Source of the DNA: Jacunavirus JC01
Lineage: Duplodnaviria; Heunggongvirae; Uroviricota; Caudoviricetes; Casjensviridae
DNA length: 61,736 nucleotides
Reading direction: 5' to 3' (one strand)
Virus record (IMG/VR): IMGVR_UViG_2974716774_000001
Span: 1-61,736 of that record
Made by a program: the position numbers and the translations under genes. Below, piece after piece: positions 55,451-61,736 of the stretch (position 1 is the stretch's first letter; each line of letters begins with the position of its first letter). The notes beneath the pieces were generated by a model, which ran no database searches, was not told where the DNA came from, and saw only the letters and a list, made by a program, of their open reading frames with translations.

Positions 55451-56208
55451 TTTGAACAGACCAGATAATCTTCCTGGTAGATGTCGGGACAGGAATGAGG
55501 AACCCAGTTGTGCTCACAGGGCTTCGTCTTTTCGCGGTCGATCCCGAGCGTCAGCGGGGCGATTTCATTCGGCATTATCTGGAAGTGGTTAGTCAGCGCG
55601 CCTGCGATGGCCATGCCTTCTTCCCGATCGATGCGTGTTTCGATGCGGGTCAGCAAGCCCTGCTGGAAGATGAATGAGGTTTCGCCCTGCACGTCGTCCA
55701 GCTGAATGACGCGAGGCATCTGATTGAGGTCGGGCAGCTTAAAGCTGGTGGTTTTTCCGCTGCCCTGCTGGCCGACACCGATGACGTCAGGACGGGATTT
55801 CCCCTGTTCCGGTGCGGCGGGCTTATATTGTCGATTCTCCATGCCGAGAAGCTTGAGTGCCTCATCGAAGAACATGATTTCCACCGAAAATCCCTCTGAC
55901 TCCAGTTTGTCGCGGGTTTTAGTGAGTTTTTCCTGACGTGCAACGTTCGTCAGAACCAGAAAGCGCCAGCCCAAAAGGGAGGTTTCGACCTGTTTGCCTG
56001 CAGCTCTGCACCGCGCAGCGAAAGAAGTCATGTTAATCAGATCCCGGAAATTTCCATCCCAGCTGTCGAGGACGCTTTTGCATTTAAGCTTCTCCTTAAG
56101 CGCATAGGCGTAGGTGGTTTTTCCGCAGCCCTGCGGGCCGACAACGATGACGAACGTCGGTCGGTCGCTGGTGACGGGAGGGATGGTGCTGCCATTATGT
56201 CGAATCAT
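55432..56208 (-). CDS. P-loop NTPase with two Walker-A motifs and C-terminal Cys/His zinc-ribbon-like tail
   Basis: 258-aa ORF; VGPQGCGKTT and VGQQGSGKTT; VIQLDD Walker-B-like; C-terminal CEHNWVPHSCP...CSKCGHH. Confidence 0.5.
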   Translation of the reverse strand: MIRHNGSTIPPVTSDRPTFVIVVGPQGCGKTTYAYALKEKLKCKSVLDSWDGNFRDLINMTSFAARCRAAGKQVETSLLGWRFLVLTNVARQEKLTKTRDKLESEGFSVEIMFFDEALKLLGMENRQYKPAAPEQGKSRPDVIGVGQQGSGKTTSFKLPDLNQMPRVIQLDDVQGETSFIFQQGLLTRIETRIDREEGMAIAGALTNHFQIMPNEIAPLTLGIDREKTKPCEHNWVPHSCPDIYQEDYLVCSKCGHHK

Positions 56209-56273
56209 TTCTCTGCTCCGGTTGGGGTGGTACGCCCGGCGAAGAGGTGCCGGGCCTATGGGTGCGCTGGCGG

Positions 56274-56684
56274 TCAGGCCGTGCGCGTTACGATGACCTG
56301 CACGTATACCACGCCGCTCGGCGTGATGGTGGCGTTGGTCTCCATTGTGAAGTTACGGTTGTCGACGCTCTTCGCGTGACGGATGGACTGATTCAGCGAC
56401 TGGCGCAGCTGGCGCTTCCATTCGTTCATGTTCTGACGAACCTCGGCCAGCGTCATGTCGTCCGGCATTTTCAGGCTGCGCGAGTAGTTTCCGCCAGGCT
56501 TGAGAGACAGCAGGTTGGAGATGGCGCTGCCCGGGCGGCCGTTGCCCGGCAGGTCTACGTCCGGCTCGGCAGACAGCAGGGCTGCGGTGATAGCCTGCGC
56601 AGTAAGGCTGGTGGCTGTGTTGCCGCCGGTCGGCGCGTCCACATCATCAGGCAGATCCCATACGTCGTCGTGCTCGTTTGACAT
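56274..56684 (-). CDS. Hypothetical protein, first gene of the long leftward accessory operon
   Basis: About 137 aa from the ATG at 56684 preceded by RBS GGAG; the longer upstream ORF extension runs through the direct repeats and is rejected. Confidence 0.5.
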   Translation of the reverse strand: MSNEHDDVWDLPDDVDAPTGGNTATSLTAQAITAALLSAEPDVDLPGNGRPGSAISNLLSLKPGGNYSRSLKMPDDMTLAEVRQNMNEWKRQLRQSLNQSIRHAKSVDNRNFTMETNATITPSGVVYVQVIVTRTA

Positions 56685-56717
56685 TTTATTACTCCGTGTG
56701 TCGTTTGAAGATGTGAG

Positions 56718-56747
56718 AAAGATATAACTACACTTCGGATGTGTCAA
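56718..56747 (-). promoter_or_regulatory. Sigma70-type promoter with embedded dyad (family member) driving the leftward operon
   Basis: Minus strand TTGACA-CATCCGAAGTGTAG...TATATC about 30 nt upstream of the 56684 start. Confidence 0.45.
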
Positions 56748-56771
56748 ACTTTTTCTGGGCGCTCGGGGGCA

Positions 56772-57024
56772 GGCTGACTTTCTGAAGTAAGGCGGCGCGG
56801 CATGGCGTTCGTCACGGAAAACCGACAGCCGGGTAACTTTTTGAAGTAAGGAAACGCCGTGGCGCCGCGCGACAACCGGCTGACTTTTTGAAGTAAGGAA
56901 GTCATTCAAAAATTTTGGAAGCGAGCGACAGCCGGGTAACTTTTTGAAGTAAGCCGGGGATTTTCCTGAACAGCCGCAAAACCTCGTCGGCTCGATCGAC
57001 AGCCGGGTAACTTTTTGAAGTAAG
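56772..57024. repeat. Array of five direct repeats (core CTTTTTGAAGTAAG; long form CGACAGCCGGGTAACTTTTTGAAGTAAG)
   Basis: Copies at about 56772-56792 (degenerate), 56823-56850, 56873-56898 (degenerate), 56926-56953 and 56997-57024. Confidence 0.85.
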
Positions 57025-57293
57025 CCCCGCGGGCGGCGCGCCTCGCGCGTATATAAAGAGGGCCGTGGCGCCGGGCGGCCCAGGGTGGCGCCGAAAACGT
57101 GTGAAAATACGCGATTTTTGCTTTTTCTATGTGAATCAAGCACTTATCGAATTTTCAGCGCCCTGGGCGGCGTGGTTTTCTTGTGAATCAATGGCTTACG
57201 AGGTGGGCGGCGCGCCCTGGTGGGCCGGGCCGTTCTGGATTTCCATATAAACCAGGCATTTAGCGAATCTGTGAAAATTTTTGTAGAAAGTCT

Positions 57294-57322
57294 TTGACAC
57301 ACTCCGGGTGTATCACTACTAT
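57294..57322 (+). promoter_or_regulatory. Sigma70-type promoter with embedded dyad (family member) driving rightward genes
   Basis: TTGACA-CACTCCGGGTGTATCAC-TACTAT. Confidence 0.45.
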
Positions 57323-57372
57323 TCATCTCATCGGGGCAGCGGCCCCCATCTAAAAACTGATGAGGCGAAAAT

Positions 57373-57633
57373 ATGGAAAAGGTCTATCACACGCTCAAAG
57401 GCGAAACCCTTCAACACTGGCTCACCATTGCCATTATCCGCGATGTTTCCGGCGATGCACGTGTTGAAACGCGCAGCACGATCCATGTTAATAAAGTCTC
57501 CCCCGTCTCCTTCACCTGGGGCGCAGATTTTACCGACGCTGACATCCTGAATGATGGCGACCTTCTGCGCGTAGTTTACCAGCGCTACGGTCGTGACATT
57601 TTCACCGGTAAATATACCCGCGATTTTAATTAA
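57373..57633 (+). CDS. Hypothetical protein
   Basis: 86-aa ORF with RBS GAGG upstream. Confidence 0.4.
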   Translation: MEKVYHTLKGETLQHWLTIAIIRDVSGDARVETRSTIHVNKVSPVSFTWGADFTDADILNDGDLLRVVYQRYGRDIFTGKYTRDFN

Positions 57634-57643
57634 GGAGATCATC

Positions 57644-58165
57644 ATGCAAACTATTCAAACTAAATATAGCAATGGTCGAGTACGTGCCGCGTGCTGGAAT
57701 GGCTCCTGTCGTATTGATGCAGACCCGGCGCTGTCCAGTGAGGCTAATCATCGTGCCGCCGCTGAAAAATTGGTCGCTAAATTAAACGCTAATCGTAACG
57801 TTTTATGGGGGATCGTATGCAGCGCGCCATCGGTGGGCGACGGCTGGACTTTCATTATTGACTACGTGCCGGATATTCGCCCGCTTAATATGTCCATCAC
57901 GGTTAAATTCATGCCCGCGACTAATACCGGCCCGGCTTATATGCGTGTTTATTCATGGTTAAAACCAAAAGGAATTAAGGTGCATTATTCGCCGAAAGTC
58001 GCGGACGGTTGCGATATTCAAGGGCACGCGTTGTATGCGGCAAATATAATGCTGGATGAAATAAACCGCCAGTGTGAGGAAACGCGCGCGGGTATCAAAT
58101 ACGGCATTAGCGAATACGTTATGACCTACGACGGCGATCGCCTGTTCACCGTCAAAGCTGAATAA
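57644..58165 (+). CDS. Hypothetical protein
   Basis: About 173 aa from the ATG at 57644 preceded by RBS AAGGAG. Confidence 0.45.
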   Translation: MQTIQTKYSNGRVRAACWNGSCRIDADPALSSEANHRAAAEKLVAKLNANRNVLWGIVCSAPSVGDGWTFIIDYVPDIRPLNMSITVKFMPATNTGPAYMRVYSWLKPKGIKVHYSPKVADGCDIQGHALYAANIMLDEINRQCEETRAGIKYGISEYVMTYDGDRLFTVKAE

Positions 58166-58277
58166 TATTTAATTCTGGCCTTTCCGCCGTCGAAATATGA
58201 AAGCCCCGCGGGCCGTGAGTAGCGGCGGAAAAGGTTTTAATTAAGTGTTAATCCGAATAACTGAAAGGGGAATTATT

Positions 58278-58901
58278 ATGCGTGCCATTAGTCTGTCTGA
58301 ATCCGCTTCTTACCGTGTCCTGTACACTTCCCTTGCGCATGTGTCGCCTGCGGATCTTGCCAACCTTAAATCTATGTGTGAGGCCGGATATTATTTCGTT
58401 CACAACGTGGAAAATGATTTTTCCGGTATTATTTGCCGCTATGGTGCCGTAACGCCTGAAAGCGATGTCGGGGAAGTGATGATCGGCGATTATGGGTTTT
58501 CTGAATCTTTCGGCGAAATGATCGCGCAGTTCAAAGACGCCGGTTTTGATGCGGTGCATTTTGACGTTGACGGGGATTTAGTGGAGGGCGTCACCTGGTA
58601 CACGGAAAATAATACTCGTGTACAGCCCATTGCTTACGGCTGTGAAATATTAACATGGTGGGATCTGGCCGTTGAGCATCAGCTCACCGCAACGGATGAA
58701 TACGGGGATGACGGCGACGCGGATTTAAAATATTTTTTGGCGGATGGCGTGCTGTACTGCCTCGATAATTTCATGCGAGTAACTGATGGCGAAATGCAGG
58801 AGATGGGCTTTCACGCGAGCGCCGGTGAATCAAACGGCAGCGCCATCTGCATTACGCTCTCGGATAATAGTGATTTTGTCGACGTGGCGCGCGTATCATG
58901 A
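58278..58901 (+). CDS. Hypothetical strongly acidic protein
   Basis: About 207 aa from the ATG at 58278 with RBS AAGGGG; very high Asp/Glu content. Confidence 0.45.
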   Translation: MRAISLSESASYRVLYTSLAHVSPADLANLKSMCEAGYYFVHNVENDFSGIICRYGAVTPESDVGEVMIGDYGFSESFGEMIAQFKDAGFDAVHFDVDGDLVEGVTWYTENNTRVQPIAYGCEILTWWDLAVEHQLTATDEYGDDGDADLKYFLADGVLYCLDNFMRVTDGEMQEMGFHASAGESNGSAICITLSDNSDFVDVARVS

Positions 58902-59104
58902 CCGGCCCGGCAAAACGTGCGGCGGTTAAATTTACCGTATGCGCCGCGCTTGCTGTATTCGGTGGAGTGGCGATCCCGTTTGCCGGGTCGCCGTATAAGG
59001 TTTTTCTTTATGTCCTGGCTATCGGCGTATGCGTTAAACTCGCATGGCCCAGCCAGGAGGAGGGCGAGGCGCTGATTAAGGCGGTAGACGATGAGAAGCG
59101 TTAA
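58898..59104 (+). CDS. Small membrane protein
   Basis: 68-aa ORF; two hydrophobic segments. Confidence 0.4.
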   Translation: MTGPAKRAAVKFTVCAALAVFGGVAIPFAGSPYKVFLYVLAIGVCVKLAWPSQEEGEALIKAVDDEKR

Positions 59105-59279
59105 GATTGAAACGCGCGGCGGCATGTTGCTACGCGCGCCGCTCGATGCGATATCCGTTATCGAGGAAACCGGATCGTTGCGCGCTGAATGGGACATGCG
59201 GCATGTGTTGATTCATAATCCGCGCTTCCTGTACACGGTCAGGCCCGGCGATATCAAATCAATTCAGTATTCCCAATAG
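59091..59279 (+). CDS. Hypothetical small protein
   Basis: 62-aa ORF overlapping the upstream gene; followed by a terminator. Confidence 0.35.
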   Translation: MRSVKIETRGGMLLRAPLDAISVIEETGSLRAEWDMRHVLIHNPRFLYTVRPGDIKSIQYSQ

Positions 59280-59303
59280 CCCGCATCGCGGGCTTTTTTA
59301 TTT
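59278..59303 (+). terminator. Rho-independent terminator
   Basis: Stem AGCCCGC / GCGGGCT, loop ATC, followed by TTTTTTATTT. Confidence 0.65.
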
Positions 59304-59372
59304 CCGATCCGCGACGAACGCCCTAGTTTTGGATAGCTCGCTAACTATCACATCACGAAAATAAATGATTGT

Positions 59373-59401
59373 TTGACACACTTCAGGTGTATCATTAATA
59401 T
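59373..59401 (+). promoter_or_regulatory. Sigma70-type promoter with embedded dyad (family member)
   Basis: TTGACA-CACTTCAGGTGTATCAT-TAATAT. Confidence 0.45.
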
Positions 59402-59447
59402 TCTCTTATCAGGCCGATTCCCGGCCCCCACTGATGAGGTTGTGATT

Positions 59448-59840
59448 ATGGATCGTACGAAACTTGCCGCTGATTTCACCCAGGGCTATATCGAGGCGCT
59501 GTTATTCTCTTCCACTGTCGAGATCAACGGCGAAACGGTGAGCGCCGATCTGGTGGGATATGTTTCAACCGCTGCGATCGGCTCATGCACTGCGGATTGT
59601 AACGATTTCCTGTCAAAGCATAAGCCGCTGGTAAAACAGGCCGCACGCATTGAAGGCTACAGCGCATCACAGGCGGGCCATGATTTCGCGCTCACCCGCA
59701 ACGGTCACGGCGCTGGATTCTGGGATCGCGAGGTGTTGCCCCAGGAGCTGCGCGACGCGCTCACAGCCGCATCACAGGCTTTCGGTGAGGTCAGCGCATA
59801 CGTGAATGATGCCGGTGAGGTCGAATTAGCCAACGCCTGA
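59448..59840 (+). CDS. Hypothetical protein
   Basis: About 130 aa from the ATG at 59448 with RBS GAGG. Confidence 0.45.
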   Translation: MDRTKLAADFTQGYIEALLFSSTVEINGETVSADLVGYVSTAAIGSCTADCNDFLSKHKPLVKQAARIEGYSASQAGHDFALTRNGHGAGFWDREVLPQELRDALTAASQAFGEVSAYVNDAGEVELANA

Positions 59841-59846
59841 AAGTGT

Positions 59847-59876
59847 TTGACACACTCGGTGTATGTCATGTATATT
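59847..59876 (+). promoter_or_regulatory. Sigma70-type promoter with embedded dyad (family member)
   Basis: TTGACA-CACTCGGTGTATGTCATG-TATATT. Confidence 0.4.
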
Positions 59877-59904
59877 CACCACATCAACTGGTGAGAGGTG
59901 ACAC

Positions 59905-60102
59905 ATGAAAACGATTTTCCTGATTTGCGGCCTGCTGGCGCTGGCTTTACTGGCTCTGAATGTTGAGTTTATCGGCGTGGCGGTCTTTGTGGTTGTCGCT
60001 GGTGCAATCGCAGCTGGTGGCGCGGCAATGATTCTTCTCCCGCTGTTCATCATGGCGCGTGACATCTGCCGCGCAGTGAGTAAGGCGGTGAGCCGTGGCT
60101 AA
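59905..60102 (+). CDS. Small hydrophobic membrane protein (two TM segments)
   Basis: 65-aa ORF with RBS GAGAGG; almost entirely hydrophobic. Confidence 0.45.
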   Translation: MKTIFLICGLLALALLALNVEFIGVAVFVVVAGAIAAGGAAMILLPLFIMARDICRAVSKAVSRG

Positions 60103-60346
60103 TAAATTCCTGATGGCCATGCGCCAGGCGGACACGTATCGCGGCCATCTGCGCGCTAAAGGCTTTACCCGCAAGGCTGGATCGGGCGACCTGATTTTCA
60201 CGCGTGGCGACGCCGATCTGCGCTATGACGGCGACGCCGATCGCTGGGTGTGTGATGTGTTCACCGTTGTTGATGGCGAGCGCGCCGTGCTGTTTACCCG
60301 CAAGGCCGCGCCCATGCTCTTAACCGTTTTGAAATCTGTTCTGTGA
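60095..60346 (+). CDS. Hypothetical protein
   Basis: 83-aa ORF overlapping the upstream stop. Confidence 0.4.
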   Translation: MANKFLMAMRQADTYRGHLRAKGFTRKAGSGDLIFTRGDADLRYDGDADRWVCDVFTVVDGERAVLFTRKAAPMLLTVLKSVL

Positions 60347-60356
60347 GGTGCTGATT

Positions 60357-60620
60357 ATGTCAATTGCTCTTATCCTGGCGGTGTGTACGCCGCTTATTTC
60401 CGGCGGTGATGAATGCACGCATCACTATGTGAAAATGTACGACACTCCCGCGCAGTGTGTGGCTGTGATGGATCGAAACCAGCAAAAGCTTGATGACCGC
60501 TATCTGGCCTGTCAAAGCGCCGATGCTATGTGGCTCATCGACCGCACCAACGGGCGCAGCGCAGAGCAAATCATCGCTGACCTTAACGCCAGCATTCCGT
60601 ATCAGGGCGGCGCTAAATGA
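60357..60620 (+). CDS. Hypothetical secreted/lipoprotein-like protein
   Basis: About 87 aa from the ATG at 60357 with RBS GAGGTG; N-terminal signal-like MSIALILAVCTPLISGG. Confidence 0.4.
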   Translation: MSIALILAVCTPLISGGDECTHHYVKMYDTPAQCVAVMDRNQQKLDDRYLACQSADAMWLIDRTNGRSAEQIIADLNASIPYQGGAK

Positions 60621-60707
60621 TGCGCCTGTTCTGTTTCGCGCTTTCCGGCGCGTATCTCGCTATCCTGGTGGCGCTGTTAGCCGCCGTATTCCTTCAGTGG
60701 TGACGCC

Positions 60708-61115
60708 ATGTCTATTGCAACTATCCCCCGTTACTATGTGCGCCTTGTGCGCCCGCATCGCCTGGAGCCGGGCCAGAAAATCATGGTTGAGGTCAAAACG
60801 CTGGTGCCGCTTGAGCCAATGACGCTAAACCGTCGTACCGTGTCGCGGTCTGACTGGCGCGTCGTTACCGTGGATGACGTGGAGTTTTTCGGCTCGCATG
60901 TCCTGGTGAATTGGTCGTATGACGATGAGCGCTACAACCGGGAAACCGAAAGATTTGATCCGCGCGTCAAATACGGCGCTATCCGCTACGATGCCGTGGA
61001 GCAATACGCGCCGCTCGTGCTTGCCTGGATCGAGGGCACCGAAAAAGAAAAACGCATCTGCATAGAAAATCGCGAGGCAAAGTACGGCATCTTTCCGCGT
61101 GACCGCTTCCGATAG
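60708..61115 (+). CDS. Hypothetical protein
   Basis: 135-aa ORF, last rightward gene before the terminal non-coding region. Confidence 0.45.
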   Translation: MSIATIPRYYVRLVRPHRLEPGQKIMVEVKTLVPLEPMTLNRRTVSRSDWRVVTVDDVEFFGSHVLVNWSYDDERYNRETERFDPRVKYGAIRYDAVEQYAPLVLAWIEGTEKEKRICIENREAKYGIFPRDRFR

Positions 61116-61156
61116 CTGATATCCATTCCTTCCCGTCTCTCATCCGGCCCGCCCTG

Positions 61157-61183
61157 CGCGGGCTTTTTTATTTCCGCTATTCC
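61157..61183 (+). terminator. Rho-independent terminator
   Basis: Stem GCCCGC / GCGGGC, loop CCTGC, followed by TTTTTTATTT; near-copy of the 59278-59303 terminator. Confidence 0.65.
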
Positions 61184-61343
61184 GCCACGCTTTGACCTTT
61201 ATCCGACTTGTGCGACGAACGCCCTGGTTTTGGATTCAATTCTAATTATCACGCATGTTATTAGTTAGCCGTGCCCGTTGCCACGTTGCAGCGTGCGCCC
61301 TGCGATGCGCCCTGTAAGCGGGCCTGTGATACGGGCCAGTGCT

Positions 61344-61445
61344 CACACACTTCGGATGTGTCATGGGTGGCTGTGGTGCTGACACTTCGGATGTATCAAA
61401 GGCGCGGTGTGATTGTGACACGTTGATACACATGGAATGTGTCAT
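61344..61445. promoter_or_regulatory. Cluster of TGACAC/GTGTCA dyad elements (operator-like or packaging-recognition sites)
   Basis: CACACACTTCGGATGTGTCA (61344-61363), TGACACTTCGGATGTATCA (about 61380-61398), GTGACACGTTGATACACA and AATGTGTCATG (about 61412-61445). Confidence 0.4.
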
Positions 61446-61724
61446 GCCTGCGGCTGTGCTGTGGTACGGATGATGCCGCGTGCCCTGGTGTGGTGGGCTG
61501 GTGGATAGCCCTGATAATACCCTTTCTCCTGATGTTCTGTGATGCGGTGTGACAACCGCACTATCTGATGCCCATAGAAGGCCGATAAACGAGGCTGTGC
61601 GGGCCGATCTATGCTGTGCCTATGATACCCTATTGCTTCTGTGCTTGCGTGGCGTGTGGTGCGCGCTGTGCGTTATTCCGCGAAAGCCGAAAAGGTACTT
61701 CCCCGGCCAGGCCGGAAAGCCGGG

Positions 61725-61736
61725 GGTGCGCAGAGC
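61725..61736. repeat. Terminal 12-bp direct repeat GGTGCGCAGAGC, right copy (putative cohesive end)
   Basis: Exact copy of bases 1-12 at the last 12 positions of the window. Confidence 0.6.

Noticed and set aside
56772-57024. Direct repeat array considered as a CRISPR array
   Set aside because: Repeats are partly degenerate, spacing is irregular (47-71 bp), and no leader or cas genes are present
56274-57143. 289-aa minus-strand ORF extending from the first leftward gene through the direct repeats
   Set aside because: The upstream 150 codons are a translation of the repeat array (reiterated LLQKVTRLS/YFKKLPGC); a well-placed ATG with RBS at 56684 defines the real start
61242-61445. 67-aa minus-strand ORF in the right-end non-coding region
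   Set aside because: No RBS, overlaps the dyad cluster, low-complexity translation
1-61736. Integrase, CI-like repressor, tRNA genes, CRISPR arrays, reverse transcriptase, homing endonucleases
   Set aside because: None recognised by eye in any frame; tRNAs and small RNAs cannot be excluded without a covariance-model search

Overview
The window reads as a complete, or nearly complete, linear genome of a tailed dsDNA phage of about 61.7 kb, siphovirus-type with a lambda-like head module; bases 1-12 (GGTGCGCAGAGC) are repeated exactly at 61725-61736, consistent with 12-nt cohesive ends. All calls rest on reading the supplied sequence and ORF translations and recognising motifs by eye; no database search or computation was run. 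Layout: (i) 549-10072, replication module with a leftward primase/helicase and a rightward block of an acidic-tailed small protein, DUF2800-like nuclease, DUF2815-like SSB, family A DNA polymerase, VRR-NUC nuclease and SNF2 helicase; (ii) 10074-25883, lambda-like packaging/head/tail genes (Nu1-like small and gpA-like large terminase, gpW, portal, gpC-like protease, gpD-like decoration, gpE-like capsid, connectors, major tail protein with Ig-like C-terminus, tail chaperone with a probable -1 frameshift, 1502-aa tape measure); (iii) 25883-40763, tail tip genes (Cys-cluster protein, gpJ-like 1272-aa protein), then five tandem paralogous genes and a 702-aa repeat protein; (iv) 40807-42341, lysis cassette; (v) 42434-56684, a long leftward block of accessory genes (three DNA methyltransferases, MazG-like, RdgC-like, DEDDh exonuclease, PAPS-reductase-like PP-loop protein, double Walker-A NTPase, many unknowns); (vi) 56685-57372, a control region with five direct repeats and divergent promoters; (vii) 57373-61115, small rightward genes, then a GT-rich non-coding right end. 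Seven near-identical sigma70-type promoters share an embedded inverted repeat. No integrase, repressor, tRNA or CRISPR array was recognised. The content resembles chi-like enterobacterial siphophages, but that is an inference. The most interesting candidates are the five-paralog tail array, the promoter/operator regulon with its repeat-rich control region, the PP-loop/ATPase/exonuclease cluster and a C5-methyltransferase whose motifs are split across two reading frames.
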